64,000 nucleotides of DNA from Paecilomyces variotii (lineage: Eukaryota). Both the position numbers and the translations under genes were made by a program. Position 1 is the stretch's first letter; each line of letters opens with the position of its first letter. Positions 40,883-52,610 of this stretch are shown in pieces. The stretch is from assembly GCA_004022145.1 (NCBI GenBank), contig RCNU01000001.1; one strand, 5' to 3'. The notes below the pieces were generated by a model that saw nothing but the letters and a program-made list of their open reading frames with translations, was not told the origin of the DNA and did not search any database.

Positions 40883-41675
40883 TTAGCGTGATTGGGAAAT
40901 GGGATTCTCGGCCATTTGGTGTTCTATAGACCTCGGGTTTCTCTTACTCAAAACCCCTTGATTTGCCACAATCTTGATTGCTTTCTGGGAATCAATAATA
41001 ATATCTTTACAATCTTGCTCGCGAGCTGAAGACCAATAATAGTATCTCATCCTCGGCGCAACCGAATCAGGCAAATCAAGGAACATGCCGCCCATCGGCG
41101 AGTCGGCGGTTACCGAAAAGGGGTTTGACATCCCAGGAACATGGGCGCTATTTAGCGAGTTCTCCAGCGCTTTAAGCCTCCATTCCACTGGTCGGTTACT
41201 TGTTTGGGGGCTTTTACCGCCCCCCCAGATTGTTCGGCGCATCTGGTTCAGGACGCCACTACCATTCGGTTGGATTACCTTCAAGATTATTTTTACTTCA
41301 AAAGTTCTACTAGCCCGCCAGGAGCCGTTGTGACACTTGTTAAGCCTCTATGGTTTCCTTTTAGCGTCGTACAGAACCTGGCGTGGCGGTCTGGGCTTGT
41401 CTGGGGCCTGGGCAAACAAAGGATTCAACATAGGCTCATCAAACTAGGTTTATGCTTATGCTTTGTAAAAGTAACACATTATTAAAAGCCACCGGGACCC
41501 GTCGAGTCTTGACCTTGGGTGTTAAGAATCGGTATTGTTTTTTTGGGGAAGTCCTACACTACTTTCTCTCGATCAAACGACATTCGTTATCCAACTACAT
41601 TCACTCTTTACGAATACTATTTACCGCTTGCCACCGCATAATTTCTAACCTACCGGCTGTCTCTCGTTGAACATC

Positions 41676-42497
41676 ATGCTTGTCCCAGCTGCTCTTTCTC
41701 TGGCCCTTGTTGCTGGCGTTTCTGCGCAAAGCACTGTGACCCTCTTCCTGCCTGGCTTCGACACGCAGTCTATGGTGGCGAGTGTCGTCGGTTCGGTATG
41801 TCTATTCTCTTGAAATCGACCCAACCAACCCTGTGACATGAAACTTGACTAACATTTCCTACCTAGGATGCCACCGCTACTACGTATGCCCTGGGATGTG
41901 CTCCCGATGTCGACAGCGAAGACTGCGGTGTGCCGCCTGGTTTCACTATCGTTCAGGGCGCGTCTACGATGGACTATGTCATGTCTATTCCTAGCGAGTG
42001 CGTTTCATCCCTTTCTTATACATCGTTTATCGACACATCTTGCAGTGATTGAGGGAAAACACTGACCGAAGACTTGCAGATATGTCTCTATGGGCTGTAA
42101 GCTAGAGGGCGACGTTGCTGACTGCAGCGAGACTTTTTCCCCAAGCCCGGCTTATAGCTACCCGAACCCGGCCGAGACCACCGTCAGTGGTATTTCGTCT
42201 TACTACCAGGCCGTTGTTGTTACTACTGGCGCTGTTGCCGGTGCTGCTGCCACCACGGGGGCTACTCCCGCTGCGAACACTGCTTCTGCTACTGGTGCTG
42301 CTGCATCTGCATCTGCATCCGCATCCTCTGGTTTCTCCACTGCTACCAGCTCGAAAACATCTTCAACTTCTTCTGCTTCAGGAACTACTAAGCATGCCAG
42401 CTCATCGACCAGCACCGGTGGTGTGCCTCAGATGACCGGTAACGCCTCCTGGATGATTGGTGGTGCCGCCGTGGCCATTGCTCTGGCTGCTATGTGA
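41676..42497 (+). CDS. GPI-anchored Ser/Thr/Ala-rich cell-wall protein (2 introns)
   Basis: Signal MLVPAALSLALVAGVSAQ, ASVVGS/DATATTYALGC, low-complexity S/T/A tract, hydrophobic C-terminus. Confidence 0.85.
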
Positions 42498-42710
42498 GAG
42501 ATGCTAGGGATTTGTTCTTCATTCCTTGAATGAAGATAGCGTTGATATGGAGCATGAAATTAATTATCTAATACCCATGGTCGGGCGAACCCGTCTGAAA
42601 GTTTTTATCCAAGAGACACGGCTGGACTTATCAAGAGCAATAATTGGTTGAATGGACAGCTAGCTAGCTAGATATGTAATATAGGTGCTGGCAATATTAT
42701 TCCGGCTAAT

Positions 42711-43880
42711 TTACAACTTGGAATCGCTTTGTCCTTTTGGGAGAATCTTGAGATCCTGGAACGGCAGCTCAAGGTGCTGCCACATGTAATGGAACCTGTA
42801 CTCAGGAGTGTTAGTCTACTGTACCCCAGAAAACTGTACAAAAACTAGGATAACAAGAAGAAGAGAACAACCAACGAAAAATCTACTAACCGATCGCTCC
42901 CAAAGAACATCGACTCCTCCCCCTTCTTGTTGATCACCTGGAACCAAGGCGCTCCAAAGGCCCCATGATCCAAAGCCTCTTGCGTCTTTGCAAGAAGAGC
43001 GTCTTTCCACTTCTTCTCGCTCGTAGCAGCCAGGATCGTTTCCGTTTCAGATGGCGTGAATTTCGCATCGTCTGTGAGAAGACGGGCGAGAACCTCTGAT
43101 TGCGAGATGTCCTGATGTTGGTAGAAGAGATAGTCCCATAGAAGAAGGAGAGTCTTTTCGTACTTCTCCGCTGAGTAGCTAGCTTTGATATATGTTATGG
43201 CTCGTTGGGGCTGCGGGAGAGAAGGTTAATTGTTAGTTGACTTTCCTTGCTCTTATGGGTTTCTTATTTGTCCAGAAGGTAGGAAGGGCTAGAAGCAGTC
43301 CAATTCTAGCAACGTACCAGCAGAGATAGGATGGGAAAGAAGCTCGGCGCTTCGAAATCGGGCAGCCCAAAGTACTTCGTGGCTTGTTGGCGCTCATAGA
43401 CACCATATCTGGCCTTAGCTGGAAGCTTCCATGGAGGCTTGTTTCCTATGTAGATTCTGTCAGACTTAAGTAGGAATGCGTGTTTGACTTTAGCAAGTAA
43501 GAGTGCCGCCACGTACCTGAACCTTGCATGACACCGCCTAAGAAGATAGGATGTAGTCTAGAAACAGAATAAGCGATATCAGCATAATGAACATACTACA
43601 ATACTGCAGAGAATCCATCGCGGACCGATAACGCTGCATGGATCTCTCAGTTCTTGGGGTACTTAAGGGTCGATGAGATAAACGCACTCTATCTTAACGT
43701 CGTGACTGGCCAGGACATCTCGATTTCGCAGAAGATGCACTACTGCAACAAAAGAATACGGAGACACTGTATGGAATCAGATCAGCTGCACGAATGGGAT
43801 TTCCTCTAGGGACACTGATCAATCCTATCAATGGGCGCTCGCTTACCGCAGTCAACGTAACAATTGATGACCGCGGTCAT
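42711..43880 (-). CDS. Glutathione S-transferase kappa / HCCA-isomerase (DsbA-like) family, C-terminal SKL
   Basis: Manual exon assembly gives MTAVINCYVDC/VSPYSF, LHPIFLGGVMQGS/GNKPPW, FFPILSLL/PQRA, GAFGAPWF, FFGSD/RF...QSDSKL with TAA at 42711. Confidence 0.88.
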
Positions 43881-44281
43881 GATGTGTCCAACACAGTGAA
43901 ATCTCGAAATAGATATCGCTGTACGAATTTCAACACCTGATCAGTAAACGCTTTCGATTCAAACAGCTGCTAAATAGATAATGATGGTCATCTCTCTCAT
44001 GTGAAGTTGGTTCGACCGCGATTAAGCGCATTTTCCCCCACGGGCGGAACGCGGAGAAGATGCCGAGGTTCTTTTCAGAAATTATTAAGTATGGTGATCA
44101 CTGATCACTTTGATTATCAGAAAATGGTTTCGCCGATTCCGAGGCACGCCGGATCTGAAATCTAACCGATTAGGGCTTTATTATGAGGTGGATGAGCAAT
44201 AATTTATCTTTACTTGTATAACTTCCTAGTTGCCCGAGATCAACTTTAAAGGAGCGATGTTTGCTGGCCCAGTAGCGTTAC

Positions 44282-44360
44282 GTGACGACTGCCAATAAAC
44301 GCGTCGCTCTTGTTATTCGAGCATCTCGTAGAATTGGAAGGCAAATTGCTATTGATCTAC
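44282..44360 (+). pseudogene. Remnant of an SDR N-terminus
   Basis: KRVALVIRASRRIGRQIAIDL is a decayed VALV.GASRGIGRQIAIDL Rossmann motif. It has no ATG and no continuation. Confidence 0.55.
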
Positions 44361-44665
44361 CAAATCCGGTGTTGCAAATCGCTGCTGGTTATAAAATTCT
44401 TAGTAAGTTCATATCCTGCTCATGTATTGTCTTTACTAGATCAGAAAGACTAGACTTCACTAGATGACAAGAGCTTGTTCTACACTGAACCACACTGCTG
44501 GATCAAGGATGACAGCAAATTCTGTCGTCAAACTGTGCTTCAGCCGAAAATAGAAAATGAGAACAACTTCTATTAATGAATTATGTCTATCGATATCGCA
44601 GTCTGAATCCCACGAAAATTATGTACCTTTGGCCACTTTCTCGCAGTTTAACGATCCACAAACAC

Positions 44666-45556
44666 TTAATCAACTCTATTCTTCTGAAGAGCAGACACCA
44701 TGGACTCTTTCGACTGTTCAGAATCCCATCGTACTCGGGGTATCTCAAAAGTAGATGCGAGAGTAGCGAAAGCCAACCCCCCAAGCTGTCCAACGGGTCT
44801 CAGTTTGTTGATATCAATGTGAGTAGCATCGTCATTGACTGCATCTTCATGGATCCAGTAGTTCGCAGCCTTGATCAGAGCAAGAGACATAACGCTCATT
44901 TCTGGGTTACCCGGGTCCGTGAATTGCTTGATATCGACCACTTTGCCCTCGATTGAGAAAACAGACTCCTTGACCCGCGATGGCTTCACTTTCCTGCTTG
45001 GCGCTTCGTGAAAACCAGAGATATCCCACTCGGAGATATCATATGGGGCATCGATAGACATAGCACTGGCAGCCTCGGCCATGTGCTCAGACACCGTGTT
45101 GATGACGCATTCCCCGGTCTCCTTCAGACCATAGTATGTGTCCTTGGCTCGACCGGGTCGGGCAGCGAGACCGAGAATAAACATAGGAGGATCATGCGCA
45201 ATAACTTGGAAGTAACTGAATGTGGACAGGTTCTTCTTGCCATCAGCACTGATGGTGCTGATCACGCCAATTGATCGCGGTACGATTCCAGAAGTCAACA
45301 GACGATAGTTGGCGATCCAGTGACGGTCCTCTGCATACGGGTCGATTTCACGGTGTTTCTTTTCCAAGCTGGCGCCACCATCACTTGTGCCTTGGCCATA
45401 TTGCCAGTGCGGGTCCGGAGATTTGGTCACCTCAATGGATTTTCCATGGCCACGGTAGTCTGGGCGGTCTAGTTCTAGGTCTTTGAAATTGTCCCTCACG
45501 GCCATATGTGCTAACCCATACTTCTTGATTGGATCTGTAACTGGAGCATGAACCAT
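44666..45556 (-). CDS. Flavin reductase-like (FMN-binding split barrel) protein
   Basis: 296-aa ORF with GIVPRSIGVIST, NLSTFSYF, KDT, ECVIN and VKPSRVKES. Confidence 0.9.
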   Translation of the reverse strand: MVHAPVTDPIKKYGLAHMAVRDNFKDLELDRPDYRGHGKSIEVTKSPDPHWQYGQGTSDGGASLEKKHREIDPYAEDRHWIANYRLLTSGIVPRSIGVISTISADGKKNLSTFSYFQVIAHDPPMFILGLAARPGRAKDTYYGLKETGECVINTVSEHMAEAASAMSIDAPYDISEWDISGFHEAPSRKVKPSRVKESVFSIEGKVVDIKQFTDPGNPEMSVMSLALIKAANYWIHEDAVNDDATHIDINKLRPVGQLGGLAFATLASTFEIPRVRWDSEQSKESMVSALQKNRVD

Positions 45557-46971
45557 GATGGTTTTGGAGATCGTCTAACGGGAGTGACGGTAGAAACTAA
45601 TCTGGTCAATCTGTCAGCGGCAGGTCTCAATTGAAATGAGATTTTTGTATCCGACAATCTTCTGCGGAAGTAAAGGAATATGCACTTACCGAAGGAACTC
45701 AGAGACTCTATCAAGAGGGAAACGAACGCTTACAAAAGAAGGCAATGACTGAACATTATAGCAGCGGTAAGAAGGGCCTACTTATACACTTCAGCGAGCA
45801 TAGACAGCTAAAGACTTGTGCTACTATCTCATTGATCAGCTATCTATACGCTGAATAATTATCGTGCCCGGGCATAGTGAGATGCTCATAGATCCCACCG
45901 GTATTATCTTATTGAAGTCACAACTTGCGGAATGGGGAACAAGCGACGCCGTCCGGAACATTAGGGTGTTTTACTCAGCGTATGCTTTGTTGTTCCTGAA
46001 CTAAACTGACATGGGAGAAGCTTACTAAAAGCACGCCCTAGTTAACTACGACATCCATAGTATGATAGCAGTGATGATCCGGACGGGGTAAATTGCACGT
46101 TCCGGGTGGGATTAGATGAATATGATCTCTTCTTGGAATCCATTATCGCAAAACGGATTAATAATGATATCTTACTCGCCGTGCATGAGAAACTAGGATG
46201 GTAGGACATCTGATGCCCTTGAACGGTCCGTAGAATGTGGATTTTCTACGGAGCTTGATACATCTAAGCTTTCAATATGGCATGGTCCATCTGCAAAAGG
46301 CTATGACGTATATTTCTGATTCTCGCAGAGACAAATAACCATGTCCTTGATCCACGAGGGATGATACATCTGGTTTTAGGCCCGCTTCAGCAGCTTGATG
46401 CCCGTTCTTACAAAGCCAGGTTAGTAGATCCGGGTGGAGACGATGGCATCTAGGTCGATCGACTGCAAGTAGCAGCACAGATCGCCGCTTATCTCTCTGG
46501 CTCCGTTTCTATTTCTGTAACATAGCTAGTTAGACTAGCTGAGCTATGTATCGAAATAGGACTCTCTTATATGCATCGGAAGTAGTCTTGGCAGATGCTA
46601 CCGCGACTATATTGCTGTTAGTACATATAGTTGCGGCGTTTGGGGATGGCTATCCAAGCTTCTCCGCCCACAAACCTAACATGCTATCATTACCAGACAA
46701 TTGACATCAAGCAAGAGTAAGACATACTCCATCAACGAGTTTGTTGCAACCAGGTTACTTTTGGTGGCGGAAGGCGAACCTGACGCCGTGCAAACGTCAT
46801 TCATTCATCGCTGGCACGTGATAAGATGAGAAGCCGGATATTGTACACTCCCAGCTGTCGTATTTAGCAGCTCTATGATGCCCTGGGATTCAATTCTTGG
46901 TTTTGATGATATTTGATCTTTGAAAGGATATACCACTAGAGAACCACGCTCCGGATTGATAGCCATTCGTC

Positions 46972-48311
46972 ATGGCGCTCGTGATCCAGGCCGCCACTTT
47001 CTTGCACCAGTATGCCAATGCCACGCTGCATACGACCCCTAGCAAGAACCCCAGTGCATTGAGATTGGGTGTTCTTTCCTCTGCGCAGATTAACCCTGCT
47101 GCTGGTTCGTACTCTTGAGTTCAATCGATTGTCGATAATTGTATGGAAGTTAACAGTCTGACAGCAATCCATCCCGCTGAGACCCACCCGGACGTCATAT
47201 TGTATGCGATTGCTTCGCGCGATGCCTCAACGGCCAAGAAGGCAGCGAAGCAGTACCACTTCTCAAAGGCATACGGATCATACCAGGAGTTGCTCGATGA
47301 TCCGCAGGTAGACATTGTCTACGTCTCGACTCCCAATGGATTGCACTATGAGTGGTCATCCAAGGCGCTGAAGGCCGGAAAGCATGTTCTTTGCGAGAAG
47401 CCCTTCACGTCGAATGCTGCAGAAGCCAGGAAGCTCGCTCAGGAGGCGAAGGAGAGAGGATTGATTGTGGAGGAAGCTGTAAGTTATTAGTTATTCCCGC
47501 ATACTGCATTCGTTGGGCGACACCTTGCCTCCGCGGACCCTGCTAACTGGCCAATTTGTAGTTCCACTGGCAATTCCACCCAGCTGCTCACACATTCCGC
47601 CAAATCCTTGAATCTGGACAGTATGGCAAGATTCTGCGTACAGATGCTGTCATGACAGCCAGTCCTGGTGTCCCTGATGGCGATATTCGCTGGCAGTTCG
47701 ACCTTGCAGGCGGTTCTGCCATGGATATGACATATGCCCTGTCGTTCACCCGTTACGCGCTTCATGCGAAGAATCCGAAGCAGATCCTCTCTGCGGTTGC
47801 ACGTCCATATAAGCTCGACTCGCGCGTCGATGAAGCCATGCACGCACTGCTCGTGTTCGAGGGACAGGAAGGTCAAGACGTCCAGAGCCGTGTCTACACA
47901 GATATGGCCCGCTCTTGGGTTGGATGCGTTGTACCTCGAGTCTGGGAACTGCCTTCAATCGAAGTGGAAACAGAAAAGGCAATTATCTATTTCTACAACG
48001 CGATGATGCCGCATCTCTATCACTACATTGCCGTCACGGACAAGGCAACCGGGAAGACTCGTTACCACAAGCAGTACAAAGGTGGACCTCTTTGGGGCAG
48101 CATCGAAACCTCTAGTGGAAAGGGTGGCAAGTCCTACTGGAGTACTTACCGCTGGCAGCTGGAGGCGTTTGTCGATGCCGTTAAGGGCAGGACACCTGCA
48201 TACTGGGTAACTCCGGAGGATAGCATTGCACAGATGGAGACCATTGATGCTATCTACCAGGCTGCAAACCTGCCTGTGAGGCCGTCGAATGTGTTGGAGA
48301 AGTCAGCTTAA
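46972..48311 (+). CDS. Gfo/Idh/MocA oxidoreductase (2 introns)
   Basis: LRLGVLSSAQI, YVSTPNGLH, GKHVLCEKP, EA/FHWQFHP, LAGGSAMD. Confidence 0.92.
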
Positions 48312-48497
48312 ATGGGATAGAACACGTCCGGCATTCCACCTGTATACTAGTATCTTGACGCATCTAACGATCCTGTCTAATGTCTCATTAATGAATTTGC
48401 ATACTTAAATGGACAATGGTATCTTGGCATCAAATATAGCTAGCAGTGTTTCACTGTCCACAAAGCTCGTTCCGAGTGCTTATTACCTATCCATCAC

Positions 48498-50475
48498 TCA
48501 AATCCTCTCAAAAACAGCCCTAACCCCCTTAAACCCCTTTTTCACAGCCGGTATAAACATATCGCCCACGACCTCAACATCCTCACTACTAGTCTCATAG
48601 AGAACTAACCGCTTCTCATCCTCTTCCCGTTGCGCAAAGGTCCGAAATATTCCTCCCAGAGCCATATACAACTCCGCATACGCGAGATTAATACCCAGAC
48701 ATTGTCTACTCCCCTTCGAAAACGCAACTAGATACCGATCAAGCCTAGGGTTTTCAAGCCATCGTTCTGGTCGGAACTTTTCTGGTTCTGGGAATATATT
48801 TCCATCTCGATGGATTAGGACAGATGACATCGCGACAGAAGTTCCTGGTGGGATGTCGTATCCGGCAATCTTGAGGACTTGATCTGGCGCGACGCGCGCT
48901 AAGCGAGATGTTACTCCGTATGAAAGTCGGAGACACTCCTGGATGCATGCTGTGAGGTATGGGAGACGTTCTAGGTCTGAGAGTTTGGGTGAGTCCTTCT
49001 GGTTATGATTATCATCATGATTATTATCCGGGTTCAATTTCACTGATCGGAGCTCATCCTCGAGCCGTTGGCGGATAGATGGGTTTTCGAGGATATGGAA
49101 CATCGCAACGGTGAGGGCCCACGAAGTTGTCTCCGTGCCGGCTCCCACGATCACTTGGCCTTCTTGCGCGAGACGATCAAGGCGTTTTTCAGACTCCGGA
49201 AGGTTGCTGCTGAGAATGTCGTGGAAGATGGTCTTGTGCGAAACAGTCTCGTGGCTCTTGTCGGTGCCGTTTTGGATGTCTTGGATTTGGTGGGCGATGC
49301 TCTGTTGACGTTATTGTCAATAGAGTAGTCCTGAAGACGTATGGTGTCAGAAAGTGGAGACTTACCGTTTGAAAGGAAACTATCTTTCCCATGCTTTCAA
49401 GAATGGTCAATTAGAATGCAGTTCAGGGCGTGTATATATCTAAAAAAAAAAAAAAAAAAGAAACAACAACTTACCCTTCATCCAGCCTTTTAGCTAACCA
49501 GAGTGGAATCGAGTGACCAAGCTTCAAGATCCAATTCATATATTTTGTCCAATGGCAAAGAACGCTAAAAGAAAGCATCATCTCATGAAACAAAGCGTCG
49601 AAATCAGGATGTTCGAGACGATTGTCACATCTGGCAAACGCATACTCCATCACGACATCTGGGTTTTCACCCAATTTCAAAATATAATCAGTGAAATTCA
49701 CTTTCCCCTTTCCTTTTCCGTATTGAACACCTAATCGTAAGAGAAATTATCAACTCACCATTCGTAAAAGCAGCAAACATCGCATTAAGCGGAATTAACT
49801 TTCCCGACTCCCTAAACTCCCACAATTTATCCAGCATCAAATCTACCTTTTCCTGAACGACACTCTCAAGACGATACACGCCTGCTTTGGAAAAGAACGG
49901 ATTCAACGCTGCGCGCCGCATACGATGAACATGATGCTCAACAGTCCCGATAGCAGCGTCCGGTGTGCCGAATTGTTTGCTATATATGATGGTTTTGTTG
50001 CGTTTTTGTTGCTGCGAGTAGAGAATAGAGTAGAAGTCTGGATCCGAGACATGGAGTTCTTCTGGGTTGATTCGGATTATGGGGCCCTGGATATATTCGT
50101 TATTTCTTTATTAGTTTGCTGTTATATAGGTCTCGGTGAAGACATAATAATAATGTAAACTCTTCCAACACGTAAACAAAAGAGAAAACACACATAGCGT
50201 AGATGCATCTTCTCAATTTCCCAGACATATTGCCCTCCTCGAATCGCATCGTGATAGAATTCGTATCTTCATTAACCAGTTCAGTTAGTCGTGATCTTAT
50301 TTCAATTGATGCCTCTCACCTACAACCAAGTCACGGCTGCAATCTTAGGGCCAGGAAACCTAGATAGCGGACTTAGATAAAGACGGTAGATGATCACCAC
50401 AAAAGCATATGTGCCTAGGAAGAGGAAAAGCAGGAATGCGATATTGTCGATGTTGTAGACTTCGGGACGCTCCAT
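48498..50475 (-). CDS. Cytochrome P450 (trichodiene-oxygenase/CYP58-clan-like), multi-exon
   Basis: N-terminal anchor and PGP motif, AGTETT (I helix), ECLR (ExxR), PERW, heme motif FSKGSRQCLG. Confidence 0.92.
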
Positions 50476-50905
50476 TTTCAGGATTATAGTTTTTTAAGGG
50501 CTTTTCAGGCTACGCAGCATGCTTTTAATGCGCCTGGTGGTCTATGATTAGGGAAATCGTTTCTTAAATGACTTACGCACCAGTGAACGCTCATCCAGAT
50601 AGTGCTTACTTCCTGTCATGTCGTGTTAGCGAGCTAGAATCTCACCAACATTGACTAGCGTGGCTAAGATTGACTACTTATCTGGGTGCAAAAGATAGCT
50701 TGGGTATCGGGCCGATTACAATAGCTTAAAGTAAAGCGCAATCAATTATGAAGCTTTGAGGACACCATTGAATAAATTATGGGTTTAGCAAGTAGAATAG
50801 GCCGTTTCAAGCATATAACGAAATTTGCTACTCTACGCCGTCCTATGCGCAGTTGCCCCAAGCCATGCCACATAGATTCATAACAGCTAGCGATTAATAC
50901 CGGAT

Positions 50906-52610
50906 TCAATCCCAGTTCGCCGCACCACGTCCGATCTTGGTTCCAGCAAACTCTTTTGTCGCCGCTCTCTCCCCAAGACCTGCTTTCTTCTCTGAAGGCG
51001 GTGGTCTCACCTCCAGACCTGACTGTAGGATGTTGGCCCTGACTAACCGAATATGCGCTTCATTCGTATAGTTACGGGCGCTCTCCAACGCAGACGCATG
51101 AACTTCTGCTCTAAGATCGCTTTGTTTTGAGACAAGGACCATTTTCTCTAGATCCACACGGGCGTCCAATAGCCCATCTTGGATCATCAGGATAAGCTCC
51201 TGCACGAATGGCGAGTTCGAGTCGAGGGGCTTCGGGTGTCCGCCGACAACTTTGGGTGCAAAGATCTTTGCCATGGCATCAAGTGTGACCCGGCTAAAAG
51301 GCAAAATGTACTGCTGGATAGACTTCGTGCGAATCTGCCCGAAGAGAATGGGAACATGGCGTTGGAGATGGAGGTCGAGGAGATAATCTGTGCGATAGGC
51401 CTCAAGAATGTCAAGGCAAGATCGGAACTTGTTATTGCAGAAGAAGGAAATCGCGCGACGGATATGAGGCTCGAGCTCCAGGAAGTTCCGGAAGGAAGAG
51501 TTATCAAGGACGCGGCGTTGCAGTTCGTTGCGATCCATCGATGCAAGTGCGCAAAGTCCACCGTACACGGCAACATCGTTGGAAGTGATGATCTCATTAT
51601 AGCTATCTCCTAGGCTGGGGTCTGTGGCGAGAAAGCTATTGGCAGCCTCGAGATAGGATCCCGCAGCGAGTTGGGCAAGGCCCATGGCAGCGCACATTTT
51701 GGGTTGGTTCTTTGCCTGTTCCTCTGGTTTCGACTGCAGGTTGCGGAGCCGGTGCACGTTTGATTGGACTGCAAGCCAATCGCCGCGGTCGACGGATACA
51801 TTGATGATCTTGAATAGCATGGAGGCTATGTGATTCGGGGTTGTACAGTAGTCTCGCATTCGGGAGTAAGCTTTGCTGGCAGACGCCAGATCTCCGATCT
51901 GATGATAGTGCGCTCCTAGGTCCTCATTTCCCATCTGCAACCGTTAGAATAGAATGCTCCCTCCCGCGCAGGGATCACACTCGGCTGGGAAGATCTCCAG
52001 TACATACCCGTATGCTCTCCTTGATCAGATTGTTTTTATACCCTTTCAATTCATGCTCTAGTCGATCCGTCTCCGCCTTGACCAGCTTCTGGGTTCGGTC
52101 GACCCACTCGGTATCTAGAACAGCTTCGCTTTCGTTTGGCGCAACCTCCGCCAGTGCACGCACTGCTCTCTCGTAGCGACTAACATCCTTGCCAGATTTT
52201 GCGTCCGTGACAGCAGCCTTGAGCGCTTCGGTCGAGAGGTATGTGGAACAAGTCCCGATGAGGAACAGCCGGTCAAACTTCGTCCTCCCTGAAAAATTTC
52301 GGTTAATATGGGCCTCCAGAAGTAGATATCAGACAGAGGACATGATCCATACCAGTATAGTTTGTGATATAGGATTCCAGATCGAACTTTGGCGGTTCTA
52401 CAACAGACGATCCTTGTCAGCAAGTCATCTTCGCACGTCAATACGTCCACCTGAAGCCTTGGACCCTTTTCAAGAACCACAGGTTCTTCGAGAGCAATCC
52501 ATACCATCAACTTTGATCCGTCCCTGGGCGTTCCCCTCGCCGATATTCCTGGTCCCATAGCTAATCCCCGGTTGCGATGCGTCAAACGCATCAGGCAACA
52601 CGTGATCCAT
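50906..52610 (-). CDS. csnA: COP9 signalosome subunit 1
   Basis: MDHVLP...RIKVD/EPPKFDLESYITNYT, LKGYKNNLIKESIR/MGNEDLG, VAVYGGLCALA, FLELEP, PCI-type C-terminus. Confidence 0.93.

Noticed and set aside
40883-41284. 133-aa minus ORF abutting the SDR stop
   Set aside because: Non-ATG start and no domain. It could be an orphan C-terminal fragment but cannot be supported.
46000-46500. Possible gene remnant between the flavin reductase-like and Gfo/Idh/MocA genes
   Set aside because: No consistent frame or motif.
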